From positions 1-40,467 of the forward strand of contig CAZEQX010000002.1 of the NCBI GenBank assembly GCA_964514635.1: 40,467 nucleotides of DNA. The letters run 5' to 3'. Each line of letters starts with the position of its first letter. Within the stretch, counting starts at the first letter, position 1. The notes below the pieces were generated by a model. The model was given only the letters and a program-made list of their open reading frames with translations, was not told where the DNA came from and did no database searches. This DNA comes from an uncultured Thiothrix sp. (GTDB lineage: Bacteria > Pseudomonadota > Gammaproteobacteria > Thiotrichales > Thiotrichaceae). The position numbers and the translations under genes were made by a program. Positions 27,533 through 38,875 of the stretch are shown here, piece after piece.

Positions 27533-28959
27533 ACGGATTCCCCTTTGACACTCAAAGCTTCAGGTAAACTCGTGGCCAATGCCCCCACACTACCAGCCCC
27601 TTGGGTTAGAATGACATCGCCATCTTGTAAAATGTGTTTCAGAATGCCAGGGACATCTTCCACATCCGCAGCAAAAATGGGGTCAACACGCCCACGAATG
27701 CGAATCGCCCGCGCCAAAGCACGCCCATCCGCACCCGCAATGGGTTTTTCGCTGGCGGCATACACATCCATTAACACCAAAACATCGGTTTCGGAAAGCA
27801 CTTGTGCGAAATCTTCAAACAAATCGCGCGTGCGGGTGTAACGATGCGGTTGGAAAACCAATACCAAACGACGTTCAGGCCATGCATTACGCACCGCATT
27901 CAATGTCGCTTGCATTTCACGCGGGTGATGACCGTAATCATCCACCAAAGTCGCCTTACCACGCCCAAAATCAATGTCGCCATACATTTGGAAACGACGA
28001 CCGACACCATCGAACTTGCGCAAACCTGCCAGAATCGCATCATCTGACACATCCAACTCCGAAGCGATGGCTAATGCTGCCAAAGCATTCAAGACGTTAT
28101 GACGGCCCGGAAGGTTCAACACAACATCCAAAGAACGTCCAGTTCGTGCGCATTTGACGGTAAAAAGGCTCTGTGTTCCCACATAACGCACGTTGGTAGC
28201 CCGCACATCAGCCTCCTGATCAATACCGTAAGTAATGATCGGGCGATTCACTTCCGACAAAATGCTTCGTACATGCTCGTCATCGACACACAACACAGCT
28301 AAACCATAAAACGGCAGGTGATGTAGAAATTCGACAAACGTTTGCTTTAAACGTTCAAAATCACCGCCATAAGTATCCATGTGATCAGCATCGATATTCG
28401 TCACCACCGCAATCATCGGCTGTAAATGCAGGAAAGAAGCATCGCTTTCATCGGCTTCTGCTACCAAATACTCGCCTGTGCCGAGTTTGGAATTGCTCGC
28501 TGAACTATTGAGCTTGCCACCGATAACATACGTTGGGTCTAACCCCCCCTCAACCAATAAACTGGTGGTTAAGCTCGTGGTCGTGGTTTTACCGTGCGTG
28601 CCTGCCACCGCAATTCCGTGACGGAAACGCATTAACTCCGCGAGCATTTCCGCACGCCGCACAATCGGTAAACGCAATTCACGCGCTTGAATGATTTCAG
28701 GGTTATTGTTATCAATCGCAGTGGAGACAACGATTACATCCGCACCCATGACATTTTCCGCCGCGTGGCCTTTATAAACGGTCACACCCAACGATTGTAA
28801 ACGGCGCGTCATGGTGTTTTCTGCCAAATCCGACCCAGAAACACTATAACCTAGATTGGCGACCACTTCGGCAATCCCGCCCATCCCAGCACCACCGATG
28901 CCAATGAAATGCAGGCGATTAATCCGTTTACGCGCGAGCTGGTCACTTCCTATTTTCAT
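27529..28959 (-). CDS. murC: UDP-N-acetylmuramate--L-alanine ligase
   Basis: [41 protein letters not shown]. Confidence 0.98.
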   Translation of the reverse strand: MKIGSDQLARKRINRLHFIGIGGAGMGGIAEVVANLGYSVSGSDLAENTMTRRLQSLGVTVYKGHAAENVMGADVIVVSTAIDNNNPEIIQARELRLPIVRRAEMLAELMRFRHGIAVAGTHGKTTTTSLTTSLLVEGGLDPTYVIGGKLNSSASNSKLGTGEYLVAEADESDASFLHLQPMIAVVTNIDADHMDTYGGDFERLKQTFVEFLHHLPFYGLAVLCVDDEHVRSILSEVNRPIITYGIDQEADVRATNVRYVGTQSLFTVKCARTGRSLDVVLNLPGRHNVLNALAALAIASELDVSDDAILAGLRKFDGVGRRFQMYGDIDFGRGKATLVDDYGHHPREMQATLNAVRNAWPERRLVLVFQPHRYTRTRDLFEDFAQVLSETDVLVLMDVYAASEKPIAGADGRALARAIRIRGRVDPIFAADVEDVPGILKHILQDGDVILTQGAGSVGALATSLPEALSVKGESV

Positions 28960-30090
28960 TTATTGCTTACCCGTTTTATTGTCAAAATCATAACCTGCAA
29001 AAGCTGCACAAATGGCGGCGACCTGTGCTGTGGCATACGGCTTCGCCAGTTGCCGTGCTACAGTACCCATTTGTTGCAATTTTGCGCGGTTCGTACACAA
29101 ATCTGTTAAAACCGTCGCCAATTTTTCCGCGTTTAAATCGCATTGCTGGATCAATAATGCCGCACCATTGTCGGCTAAATACTTGCCATTCGCAGTTTGA
29201 TGATCATCGACAGCATGGGGGAATGGCACTAACAACGCCGCTACACCTGCGGATGCCAATTCAGCTACCGTCAAAGCACCCGAACGACAAATCACCAAAT
29301 CCGCCCAAGCGTAAGCGGCAGCCATGTCTTCGATAAATGGCGTAACATCCGCCACTACTTGCGCTTTACGGTATTGTTCACGCGCATCGTCGATGTTTTT
29401 CACACCTGCTTGATGGCGCACAATAGGACGCGAAGCCTCCGGCATTAATGCCAAAGCTTGCGGCACGATCTGATTTAACGCCTGCGCCCCCAAACTCCCC
29501 CCCACCACCAGTACATGGGCTGGTTCGTGTGCTCGACTAGCCGCACGCTCGGCGGGGTCGGGTAAACTCGCAATGTCCAAACGCACGGGGTTCCCCGTCG
29601 CCATGACTTTTGCACTGGGCATGAATGTCCCTGGGAAACCCTCCAAAATACGCCGACACACTTTTGACAGCAGTTTATTGGTCAAACCTGCTACGGCATT
29701 TTGCTCGTGAATCACGACGGGAATCCCCATCAGTGCTGCCATTAAACCGCCAGGTCCTGCGACAAAACCGCCCATACCCAATACCGCCGCTGGTCGATAA
29801 CGTCGCATGATCTGCAATGATTGCCACAATGCGCGAACCAAATTCACAGGGGCGAGCAAGGTCGTCATCACGCCTTTACCACGCAAAGCATTAACTTCCA
29901 GCCATGCCATTTCAATCCCCGCTTCGGGAATGACCCGCGCTTCTAGGCCTTTGCGTGTTCCCATCCAGACCACGGGAATACCTTGAGCCATTAATGCACG
30001 CGCCACCGCCAAACCGGGATAAACGTGCCCACCAGTGCCGCCCGCTGTGATCAAAACGGGACGGTTGGCATTATTTGTATCATGCGCCAC
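28960..30090 (-). CDS. murG: Lipid II GlcNAc transferase MurG
   Basis: GGTGGHVYPG, HEQN, GNPVR, GGSLGA, RSGALTVAE, DDHQTAN. Confidence 0.98.
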   Translation of the reverse strand: MAHDTNNANRPVLITAGGTGGHVYPGLAVARALMAQGIPVVWMGTRKGLEARVIPEAGIEMAWLEVNALRGKGVMTTLLAPVNLVRALWQSLQIMRRYRPAAVLGMGGFVAGPGGLMAALMGIPVVIHEQNAVAGLTNKLLSKVCRRILEGFPGTFMPSAKVMATGNPVRLDIASLPDPAERAASRAHEPAHVLVVGGSLGAQALNQIVPQALALMPEASRPIVRHQAGVKNIDDAREQYRKAQVVADVTPFIEDMAAAYAWADLVICRSGALTVAELASAGVAALLVPFPHAVDDHQTANGKYLADNGAALLIQQCDLNAEKLATVLTDLCTNRAKLQQMGTVARQLAKPYATAQVAAICAAFAGYDFDNKTGKQ

Positions 30091-31312
30091 GCGCTGTTCT
30101 CCTTGTTGTTGTACGTTTTGTCAAAAGCGACGGGCGTGCTGAGGCGCGACGGTCAGGTACACCAAACTGGGCAATTTGCGTTTCGCGATAGACCCGCATT
30201 AACAGCGCGATTGCCACCAAGGTCATGATTAAACTACTACCACCATAACTCATTAAGGGGAGTGTAAGACCTTTATTGGGCACAATCGCCAAATTCACCC
30301 CAATATGCATAATGACCTGAAAACCAATCCAAAAACCAATACCATAAGCGATGTATGCACCGTAATGCAGATTGTGTTTATCCGCTTGGAAACCAATCAC
30401 AAAGGCGCGTGCCACCAACCAGCCGTACAAACACAGCACAACCAACATGCCAACAAAACCAAATTCTTCGGCAATCACGGAAAAAATAAAGTCGTTATGC
30501 GCTTCGGGTAAGTAAAATAACTTTTGAACGCCGCCACCCAAACCAACACCAAACCAACCACCGTCACCGATAGCCATTTGCGCATTGACGACTTGATAAC
30601 CGATGTCAGATTGATAATCCCACGGATTCCAAAACGCTTGTAAACGTCGTCCGCGATAACCCATCAGCGATAACGGGATCATAATCAACATCGCGCCACC
30701 GAATAACATCCCCAACCGTTTCAGCGGTATGCCACCTAAAAACAGTAACGCCAACCCTGTGAAAGTGATGACTATTGTCGAACCAAAATCCGGCTCAAGC
30801 ATTAGTAGACCGCCGATTAACCCCAACACCACTAACGGAATCAATAAAGGCTGGTAAGAGGGGGAAGTAGCGAGATTTTTTCCATGACGAATTAAATACC
30901 CCGATAAATAAAGCAAGGTAATCAGCTTCGCGATTTCGGAAACTTGGATCGGCATAACTACCAAATTCAACCACCGTCGGCTGCCATTAACCTCTTTACC
31001 TAAACCAGGGATCAACACCAAAATCAGTAACAAGATCACAATCGGCAACAGGCGAACACCCAACTGCTCCCAAAAAGCCAAACGAATTTGGTACATAGCC
31101 AAACCCAAACCCAAACCAACGGTCAGGAACATGAGTTGCCGATTCACATAAAAATAAGCGTCTTGGTATTGCTTTTCCGCAACCCATAACGAGGCGGAAG
31201 CCAATATGATTACACCCATACCAATCAAAGCGAATAACGCCAGCATCAAATCGCGATCAACATAACGTGACCAGCCATTGGCTGCTTCAGGTAAAGGCGG
31301 ATTCGGTGTCAT
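30080..31312 (-). CDS. ftsW: SEDS peptidoglycan polymerase FtsW
   Basis: NGSRRWL, QVSEIAK, EPDFGS, LPEAHNDFIFSVIAEEFG, KGLTLPLMSYGGSS. Confidence 0.97.
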   Translation of the reverse strand: MTPNPPLPEAANGWSRYVDRDLMLALFALIGMGVIILASASLWVAEKQYQDAYFYVNRQLMFLTVGLGLGLAMYQIRLAFWEQLGVRLLPIVILLLILVLIPGLGKEVNGSRRWLNLVVMPIQVSEIAKLITLLYLSGYLIRHGKNLATSPSYQPLLIPLVVLGLIGGLLMLEPDFGSTIVITFTGLALLFLGGIPLKRLGMLFGGAMLIMIPLSLMGYRGRRLQAFWNPWDYQSDIGYQVVNAQMAIGDGGWFGVGLGGGVQKLFYLPEAHNDFIFSVIAEEFGFVGMLVVLCLYGWLVARAFVIGFQADKHNLHYGAYIAYGIGFWIGFQVIMHIGVNLAIVPNKGLTLPLMSYGGSSLIMTLVAIALLMRVYRETQIAQFGVPDRRASARPSLLTKRTTTRRTARGA

Positions 31313-32655
31313 GCTAACTCCTTCACCGCAGCCGTAAACACGTCACCACGATGCGCATAACCTTTGAACATATCGAAACTGGCACAAGCAGGCGACAACA
31401 ACACGTTATCCCCCGCTTGTGCTAAATCTGCTGCCAATTGCACCGCTTCAGCCATGCTATCGGCAAAGACATACGGCGCGTAACCTTGCACGACCTCTGC
31501 GATTTTGGCACGGTCTTCACCGATTAAGACCAAAGCACGGGCTTTTACGGCTGCTACTTCACGCAAAGGGGAAAAATCCGCTCCCTTGCCCTGCCCACCT
31601 GCGATTAACACGGTTTTATTTGGCAAACCCGCTAACGCCGCCAAGGTAGCACCCACATTCGTGCCTTTGGAATCGTTGTACCAATTCACGCCTTGACGTT
31701 CGCGTACCCATTGCGTGCGATGCCCTAAACCAGCGAAGGTTTGCAATGCTTCTAGCATTCCGTGCAAGGGAATCCCCGCCGCTTCACCCAATGCCAAACA
31801 TGCCAAGGCATTGGCGATATTGTGTTCTCCGGGGAGTTTCATTGCATCCGTTGCCAGCAATAGCTGCTCGCCTTTCGCCAGCCAACGTTTACCATCGTGT
31901 TCGCGCACACCGTATTGCCCTGCGGCAGGTATATCCAAACCGAAACTGACCACGCTTTGCGCGGTATTCGTTGGCATTGTCATCACAATCGGGTCATCCC
32001 GATTCACTACCGCACAAGCGCAATGCTGGTACACCATCTGTTTAGAAGCGGCGTAATGCGCGTAGGAATCGTAACGGTCTAAATGATCTTCACTGACATT
32101 CAATACCACCGCTGCAATAGCGTGTAGGGAATGCGTGGTTTCCAGTTGAAAGCTGGATAACTCCATAACGTACAAATCGGGCGTGGGTTGTTCCAGCAAA
32201 TCCAGCGCACTAAACCCCAGATTCCCACCCGCATAAGACACCATACCAGCGGTTTTTGCCATCACATCCACCAAGGTGGTGACAGTGCTTTTGCCGTTAG
32301 AACCCGTAATCGCCACAACCGGAGCTTTAGCAGCACGCACAAATAGCTCGATGTCGCCAATTAATTCCGCCCCACGTTCGCCCGCTGCTTTGATTTCGGG
32401 GGTAGCAATCGCAATACCAGGACTAACCACCAAACTTTGCGCATGAGCAAACAGTTCAGGCGCGTGGGCAAATGCACCGAAGTGAGCAGGCACATCAGGG
32501 TATTGCGCATAAAATTCCTCTTTGCCCGGTGGATTCACGCGGCTATCCACCACCGCGAACCCAACGCCCTGTTTACGCAAATACCGCGCCACAGACAAAC
32601 CCGTCTGTCCTAAACCAACAACCAACGTTGTCCATGTTTGATTTGGCTGTGCCAT
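31309..32655 (-). CDS. murD: UDP-MurNAc-L-Ala--D-glutamate ligase
   Basis: GLGQTG, ITGSNGKSTVT, ELSSFQLE, DHLDRY, NDSKGTNVGA, SPACASFDMF; start is ATG 32655 or GTG 32661. Confidence 0.98.
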   Translation of the reverse strand: MAQPNQTWTTLVVGLGQTGLSVARYLRKQGVGFAVVDSRVNPPGKEEFYAQYPDVPAHFGAFAHAPELFAHAQSLVVSPGIAIATPEIKAAGERGAELIGDIELFVRAAKAPVVAITGSNGKSTVTTLVDVMAKTAGMVSYAGGNLGFSALDLLEQPTPDLYVMELSSFQLETTHSLHAIAAVVLNVSEDHLDRYDSYAHYAASKQMVYQHCACAVVNRDDPIVMTMPTNTAQSVVSFGLDIPAAGQYGVREHDGKRWLAKGEQLLLATDAMKLPGEHNIANALACLALGEAAGIPLHGMLEALQTFAGLGHRTQWVRERQGVNWYNDSKGTNVGATLAALAGLPNKTVLIAGGQGKGADFSPLREVAAVKARALVLIGEDRAKIAEVVQGYAPYVFADSMAEAVQLAADLAQAGDNVLLSPACASFDMFKGYAHRGDVFTAAVKELA

Positions 32656-32677
32656 GCTCACCTCGCACTCAGGTCAA

Positions 32678-33760
32678 TTAACGAATTTTCAACGTGGATA
32701 ACCCCACCATCACCAAAATGACAGTGATAATCCAAAAACGCACAATAACTTTCGGCTCGGGCCAACCCACTTTTTCATAGTGGTGATGCAATGGAGCCAT
32801 GCGGAAAATCCGTTTTCCCCCCGTCATTTTGAAGTAACCCACTTGCAAAATAACGGACAGTGTTTCTAACACAAACACCCCACCCATAATCGCCAGAACG
32901 ATTTCTTGGCGCACTACAATCGCTACGATTCCCAAAGCAGCACCCAAAGCCAACGCCCCCACATCGCCCATAAAAACTTGCGCGGGGTAAGCGTTAAACC
33001 ACAGGAAACCTAAACCTGCGCCAAAAATCGCCGCACAAAACACCATGACTTCCCCAACGTGCGGTAAATGTGGCATAGCCAAGTAATGTGAAATCGTGGC
33101 ATGACCACTGACATAACAGAAAATAGCCAAACCGCCCGCCACCATAATGGTTGGCATAATGGCTAAACCGTCCAAACCGTCAGTCAGGTTGACCGCATTA
33201 CTCGAACCAATAAGAACAAAATAAACCCACGGGATAAACAACCAGCCCATATTCCAGAACATATCTTTAAAAATAGGAAGGTAGAGCGTGGTTTCTACCG
33301 CGCTTTGTGCTGTGAAAAATAAGAAAAATGCCGCCGCAAACCCAACGATAGTTAATCCCACGGTTTTTTGCCGTGCCGTCAGCCCCAAATTACGACGCAT
33401 TTTAAGCTTGATATAGTCGTCTAATCCCCCGACTAAACCAAAGCCTAGTGTGACCCCTAAAACCACCCACACATAGCGATTGGTTAAATCTGCCCATAAC
33501 AGGGTAGAAACCGCAATCGCCAGAATAATCATGACCCCACCCATCGTCGGCGTTCCCGCTTTCATTTGATGTTGTGGACCATCTTCGCGAATATACTGCC
33601 CAATTTTTAATCTTGTCAAGGCACGAATCATCATCGGCCCTGTCCATAAGGCAATGAATAAAGCGGTTAATAATCCCAAAATCCCACGCAGCGTCAGGTA
33701 TTGGAAAACATTGAACCCACTGTAAAACTGACTCAAAAAATCAAACAACCACACCAACAT
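32678..33760 (-). CDS. mraY: Phospho-N-acetylmuramoyl-pentapeptide transferase
   Basis: [39 protein letters not shown]. Confidence 0.98.
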   Translation of the reverse strand: MLVWLFDFLSQFYSGFNVFQYLTLRGILGLLTALFIALWTGPMMIRALTRLKIGQYIREDGPQHQMKAGTPTMGGVMIILAIAVSTLLWADLTNRYVWVVLGVTLGFGLVGGLDDYIKLKMRRNLGLTARQKTVGLTIVGFAAAFFLFFTAQSAVETTLYLPIFKDMFWNMGWLFIPWVYFVLIGSSNAVNLTDGLDGLAIMPTIMVAGGLAIFCYVSGHATISHYLAMPHLPHVGEVMVFCAAIFGAGLGFLWFNAYPAQVFMGDVGALALGAALGIVAIVVRQEIVLAIMGGVFVLETLSVILQVGYFKMTGGKRIFRMAPLHHHYEKVGWPEPKVIVRFWIITVILVMVGLSTLKIR

Positions 33761-35119
33761 TTAAACAGCCTCCTGCATGGTAGTTACCGTCAAAGCCTCC
33801 ACCACACGCTCCATGCGTGCTGAACGCGAACCTTTGACCAATACTGTTGTTTCCGGCTGCAATGTTTGCCCCAGAACGGTTAATAAATCCGTTAAATCCC
33901 CAAAATGCTGTGCCACGCCGCCTTTTACCTGCGCAAAAGCCTGACTAGCAGCCGCACTCAAATTCCCCAAAGTGAACAGCGCGTCCACGCCCTGCATGGC
34001 TGCTTGTTCCCCAATCGCAGCATGTAAGGCCAAACCAGTATCACCCAGCTCACCCATATCCCCTAATACCATGATCTTGCGTCCCTGTACGCTTGCTAAT
34101 ACCGTCACCGCAGCGGCAGTCGATGTCGGGTTCGCATTGTAAGTGTCATCAATCACTATGCCGCCGTGTTTACCCTGTTTTGGGCACAACCGCCCTTTCA
34201 CTGCTTGTAACGTTGCCAAACCCGTGGCAATCGTTGCCAGTGATAACCCCAACGCCAATGCCGCAGCCGCAGCCGCCAACGCATTCATTTGGTTATGCCG
34301 CCCCAATAGGTGCAAATTCACCGCAACGGCTTGACCTTGCGCATGAATCCAGAATTGATTCCGTGCATCAACCACGCCCTGCACCTCGGCAGGGTTATCC
34401 ATGCCAAAACGCAAAACGCGACGTTGTGTATTCAGCCCTAACCAATAATCCGCGTAAGTGTCATCGGCATTAATAATAGCCACGCCAGCGTCGCGTAAAC
34501 CTGCAAAAATTTCGCCTTTCGCCCGCGCCACACCTGCCAAATCGCCAAAGCCTTCCAGATGTGCATTACCTGCATTGTTTAAAATCGCCACATTCGGCTG
34601 CACAATGTTGGTTAAATAAGCGATTTCCCCGAAGTGGTTTGCCCCCATTTCAATCACGGCAAACTGATCCGCCTCACGCAAACGCAATAAAGTCAGCGGC
34701 ATTCCGATGTCATTATTCAAGTTACCAAGCGTTGCTAAGGTCTGCCCCTGTTGCGACAAAATTGCCGTAAGCATCTCTTTTAGTGTGGTTTTTCCATTGC
34801 TGCCAGTTAAACCGACAACTGGTTGAGTAAATTGTTGTCGCCACGCAGCCGCCAAACGCCCCAATGCCAAACGCACATCATCCACCAAGACTTGTGGAAT
34901 GGATGCTTCAACAAGCCGTGAAACCAAGGCAGCACTGGCTTTGCCTGCCACTTGCGGCACGAAATCGTGAGCATCGAAACGCTCACCTTGCAGCGCGAGG
35001 AATAAATCCCCCACTTGCGCTTGGCGCGAATCGCGTTCTAGGCGTTCAATCGCCACGTCCGCACCGTGTAATGTTCCGCCTGTCATTTGCGCAATCTGGG
35101 AAAGCATTAACCAACTCAT
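33761..35119 (-). CDS. murF: UDP-MurNAc-tripeptide--D-Ala-D-Ala ligase
   Basis: TGSNGKTT, NLNNDIGMP, EMGANH, DDTYNANP, VKGSRS; ATG 35119 overlaps the murE stop (ATGA). Confidence 0.97.
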   Translation of the reverse strand: MSWLMLSQIAQMTGGTLHGADVAIERLERDSRQAQVGDLFLALQGERFDAHDFVPQVAGKASAALVSRLVEASIPQVLVDDVRLALGRLAAAWRQQFTQPVVGLTGSNGKTTLKEMLTAILSQQGQTLATLGNLNNDIGMPLTLLRLREADQFAVIEMGANHFGEIAYLTNIVQPNVAILNNAGNAHLEGFGDLAGVARAKGEIFAGLRDAGVAIINADDTYADYWLGLNTQRRVLRFGMDNPAEVQGVVDARNQFWIHAQGQAVAVNLHLLGRHNQMNALAAAAAALALGLSLATIATGLATLQAVKGRLCPKQGKHGGIVIDDTYNANPTSTAAAVTVLASVQGRKIMVLGDMGELGDTGLALHAAIGEQAAMQGVDALFTLGNLSAAASQAFAQVKGGVAQHFGDLTDLLTVLGQTLQPETTVLVKGSRSARMERVVEALTVTTMQEAV

Positions 35120-36675
35120 GCCGCGCACTCCTGTAAAGCTAACGCTGCTTGCACACGGTCATCAAAAGGGATTGTGCCATGCGCCAGAATTTGCACGGTT
35201 TCGTGCCCTTTTCCGGCAATTAATACCGTATCATTGGGTCGTGCTTGGGAAATGGCATAACGAATAGCAGCAGCGCGGTCAGGTTCGAGCGTGACGGCAC
35301 TTGGATGGTGAAAGCCCTGCATAATGTCCTCGAATATTTGTTGTGGATTTTCAGTGCGTGGATTATCCGCCGTTACAATCACCACATCAGCCGCTGCTTC
35401 CGCTGTTTGTGCCATGATCGGGCGTTTACCACGATCCCGATCCCCGCCACAGCCGAACACACAGAACAGTCGACCGCGTGTGTGTACGCGCACGGCTTTT
35501 AATACTTGCGCCAGTGCTGCGGGTGTGTGTGCGTAATCCACGACCACTAATTTAGCGTCATTTGCATGATTCCCACCTGACTGAACGGCTAAATTTGCAA
35601 CCGTAACACGCTCCATGCGCCCTGATACCACCCAAACCTGTTGTAAGCGTTGCAAAGCTTCGGGCATGGCAATCCCTTTTGCCACCAACACACCTAACGC
35701 AGCTAACAGGTTATGTAAATTGAACTGCCCCAGCACGGGGGCTTGTAGCGTCCCCGTTCCCCACGGGCTAATGATTTGTGCCTGAATCCCACTGTGATCA
35801 AACACCGCCGCCGTTGCCACTAGCGTATTAGCAGGGTAAGCAGCCGGATCACCCACGCCATAACCGATGATTTGCACTTGCGGAGCGGATTCCGCCACTG
35901 CTTGCGCTAATTGTTGCCCAAACACATCATCAAGGTTCAACACCACAGCGCGTAACCCTTGCCAGTGGAATAAACGCCGTTTGGCAGCAGCATACGCTTC
36001 CACCGTACCGTGATAATCCAAATGGTCGCGGGTTAAATTGGTCAATACCGCCACGTCAAAACGAATGCCGTTCACCCGCCCTTGATCCAAAGCGTGCGAT
36101 GACACTTCCATCGCCACACTGTGTAAACCTTGTTGGTGCAAATCGCGCAATACGCTGTGTACCGTTAAAGCATCCGGCGTGGTGTGCGTCGCGGGAGCTA
36201 ATTGCCCAGGGCAACCCATGCCTAGCGTGCCAATCACACCTGCCGTAGCATTGGTCGTATCGGTATCCAACTGGGCATTTAACGCCTCAGCAATGAAATG
36301 CGTGACTGAGGTTTTACCATCCGTACCCGTTACCCCAACCATGAATAAATTCGCACTTGGGGCAGCGTTAAAACGGTCAGCAAGTGTGCCTAATAATTCG
36401 CGCAATTGCGGCACTGGCAAACACGCAACCGACAAGGGTAGCTGTTGCAAATCCTCAGCGGAAACACCAAGGGGGTCGTATAACACTACCGCAGCACCCG
36501 CTTGCACCGCTGCCGCTGCATACGCCAAGCCGTGCTGGCGCGTGCCTTGCAAGGCGATAAATGCCATGCCTGTTTGCACTTTGCGGTTATCGAGGGTTAA
36601 ACCTGTGATCGTTACATCCGGCACAGCCATTGTGTCAGCCACAAGACCTGCCAATAAGTCACGCAAAGGCATCAT
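35116..36675 (-). CDS. murE: UDP-MurNAc-dipeptide--meso-DAP ligase
   Basis: TGTDGKTS, MEVSSH, DHLDYH, VDYAHTP, GCGGDRD, DNPR (DAP-specific motif), AGKGHE. Confidence 0.97.
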   Translation of the reverse strand: MMPLRDLLAGLVADTMAVPDVTITGLTLDNRKVQTGMAFIALQGTRQHGLAYAAAAVQAGAAVVLYDPLGVSAEDLQQLPLSVACLPVPQLRELLGTLADRFNAAPSANLFMVGVTGTDGKTSVTHFIAEALNAQLDTDTTNATAGVIGTLGMGCPGQLAPATHTTPDALTVHSVLRDLHQQGLHSVAMEVSSHALDQGRVNGIRFDVAVLTNLTRDHLDYHGTVEAYAAAKRRLFHWQGLRAVVLNLDDVFGQQLAQAVAESAPQVQIIGYGVGDPAAYPANTLVATAAVFDHSGIQAQIISPWGTGTLQAPVLGQFNLHNLLAALGVLVAKGIAMPEALQRLQQVWVVSGRMERVTVANLAVQSGGNHANDAKLVVVDYAHTPAALAQVLKAVRVHTRGRLFCVFGCGGDRDRGKRPIMAQTAEAAADVVIVTADNPRTENPQQIFEDIMQGFHHPSAVTLEPDRAAAIRYAISQARPNDTVLIAGKGHETVQILAHGTIPFDDRVQAALALQECAA

Positions 36676-38606
36676 TCCACAGCCCCTCCGTTTACAGGCG
36701 TTACCGCAGGGGCAGTCGATGGCGCATTATTTGCGGGCAAAGTTGCAGCACGTTCGTTTACCGTTGTTGTAGTTAATGGTTGCTGTTGCACGGTTTTCAC
36801 ATCGGGTAAGTTGTCAGGTGGAATATCCAGCAGTCGCAAGGCTTCACCCATGATTTTGGCAAACACGGGGGCAGCCGCACGACCACCACTATCGTCAATT
36901 TTGGGTTCATCAATTTGCACCGCGACCACTAAACGCGGACGGCTGGCGGGGGCAACACCGATAAAACTGGTTAGGTAACGGTCATTACGGTATGCGTTAT
37001 CAATGTATTTGTAGGCCGTTCCGGTTTTACCCGCTACGCGATACCCTTCTACCATTGCTTTTTCGCCTGTACCGCCTTTTTGCACAACGGCTTCCATCAT
37101 GCGCACGACTGCACGCGCATTATCGGCACTCATAATGTGTTGCCCAATAATGGGTTTGTCGAGTTTGTAAATCGTAGCGGGTACAGACATACCATTTGCG
37201 GCTAATGCTGCGTAAGCATGGGTAATCTGTAGCAAACTGGCGGACAAACCATAGCCGTAACCGTGGGAGGCACGATCAACCGCCCCCCAAGTTGTGTAAC
37301 TGGTAAGCTGACCTGCGGTTTCGCTGGGGAATCCTGCATCGGGGACGCGCCCGAATCCAACCCGATTAAGGAACATCCATTGATCACGCGCACTCATGAG
37401 CAACGCCACACGGCTCGCCCCCACGTTGCTGGATTTGGCTAAGATCGTTGCCAAACTGATTGAGCCGTAATCTTTGGGGTCTTTTACCGCGTATTTACCG
37501 AAATTAATCTTGCCGGGTGAGGTATTAATTTCCACATCAGGGCCTAAAGCACGCGCTTCCAAAGCCGCTGAAATGGTCAGGGGTTTCAAGGTTGAGCCTG
37601 GTTCGGATTTATCTGTTACGGCACGATTGCGGTATAATGTCGCGTCAATGTCTTTACGGTTGTTGGGGTTAAATGAGGGAACATTCGCCATTGCCAGAAT
37701 TTCCCCTGTGTAGGCATCTAGCACAACGGCTGAGCCTGCTTTGGCATTCAGTTCGTAGACGCGCGTCTTGAGTTCTTTATAGGCGAGGTATTGAATCCGA
37801 CGATCAATACTGAGCTGCACATCTTGCCCAGGTTGCATTTCTTCCACCCGCACCACGCTTTCGACCAATTTACCCTTGGCATCTCGGATCACGCGCGTTT
37901 TACCGTTTTTGCCTGCTAAAGTGTCGTTACGAGCTTTTTCAATGCCTTCAATGCCATTACCATCGATATTAGTCATACCGACGACATGCCCTGCGGTTTC
38001 TGCCATTGGGTAATAACGGCGATATTCACGGGTAACGGTCACACCAGGCAAATCCAACGCTAGGATTTCATCCGCCACTTCCAATGGTAATTGCCGCCCA
38101 AGGTAAAAGAACTGTTTCTCGCTAGCTTTTTCCAAACGCCCAATCAACTCGCCGTCTTTTAAGCCCAACTCTTCCTCAATGTGTTTTAAACCTGATTCCA
38201 GTTGCGCATAATTCTTAACCGCCTGCTCGTGATCCAACACAGGCTCATTGCTGGCGGGTTTCTTTTCGGTTTTTTCATCTGCCTTGGGGGCATCGGGTTC
38301 GAATGCTGCACGATGGCGTAATTCTTCACGCGCTTTGAGTAAATCTTGCGGATTGCACCACAACGAGGCCACAGGCGAACTAATCGCCATTGGATCACCA
38401 TTACGATCCAAAATCATGCCGCGATACGCGGGCACAGTCACGACCCGAATTTGCCGTTTATCCGCTTGTTGTTGCAACCATTGCTGTTGAAACACCTCTA
38501 ACCAAACCGCTCGCAACAACAAAACACCGATAAGCACCAACAATGCCACCAGCAAAAATAAGCGTCTGCCTTGAAAGACGGGGGATGTTAGTTGCCGACG
38601 TTTCAC
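36672..38606 (-). CDS. ftsI: Septal transpeptidase PBP3
   Basis: RGMILDRNG, RYYP, GIEGIE; catalytic motifs STLK, SSN and KTG. Confidence 0.97.
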   Translation of the reverse strand: MKRRQLTSPVFQGRRLFLLVALLVLIGVLLLRAVWLEVFQQQWLQQQADKRQIRVVTVPAYRGMILDRNGDPMAISSPVASLWCNPQDLLKAREELRHRAAFEPDAPKADEKTEKKPASNEPVLDHEQAVKNYAQLESGLKHIEEELGLKDGELIGRLEKASEKQFFYLGRQLPLEVADEILALDLPGVTVTREYRRYYPMAETAGHVVGMTNIDGNGIEGIEKARNDTLAGKNGKTRVIRDAKGKLVESVVRVEEMQPGQDVQLSIDRRIQYLAYKELKTRVYELNAKAGSAVVLDAYTGEILAMANVPSFNPNNRKDIDATLYRNRAVTDKSEPGSTLKPLTISAALEARALGPDVEINTSPGKINFGKYAVKDPKDYGSISLATILAKSSNVGASRVALLMSARDQWMFLNRVGFGRVPDAGFPSETAGQLTSYTTWGAVDRASHGYGYGLSASLLQITHAYAALAANGMSVPATIYKLDKPIIGQHIMSADNARAVVRMMEAVVQKGGTGEKAMVEGYRVAGKTGTAYKYIDNAYRNDRYLTSFIGVAPASRPRLVVAVQIDEPKIDDSGGRAAAPVFAKIMGEALRLLDIPPDNLPDVKTVQQQPLTTTTVNERAATLPANNAPSTAPAVTPVNGGAVE

Positions 38607-38875
38607 TCGCGTATAACCTTGATATTATCTGCGGAAGGTTTCTGCATACCCAATTCCTGTTTAGCGCGTGACTCCACTAAAATCTGGCTAAGGCGTGCGC
38701 TTTGTTCCAGTTTCAGCCGACTCCAATCCGCGCTTTTTTCGTCGCGTTCTTTTTCCAGTTCTTGAATTTCAGCAAACAACTGACGTGCATGATGACGGTT
38801 ATGCACCACCAACAATGCCAACCCCAACACCATCAGGTAAAGAACCAATAAGCCTAAAGCTTGCCAACGGCTCAT
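38603..38875 (-). CDS. ftsL: Cell division protein FtsL
   Basis: 90 aa, TM helix plus coiled coil, W..LKLEQS...VE..A...LGM..P; located between rsmH and ftsI. Confidence 0.93.
   Translation of the reverse strand: MSRWQALGLLVLYLMVLGLALLVVHNRHHARQLFAEIQELEKERDEKSADWSRLKLEQSARLSQILVESRAKQELGMQKPSADNIKVIRE

Noticed and set aside
35550-36290. Short insertions in MurE (AQLDTDTTNAT; ANLAVQSGGNHAND)
   Set aside because: They fall in what appear to be variable loops and the main catalytic motifs are intact.
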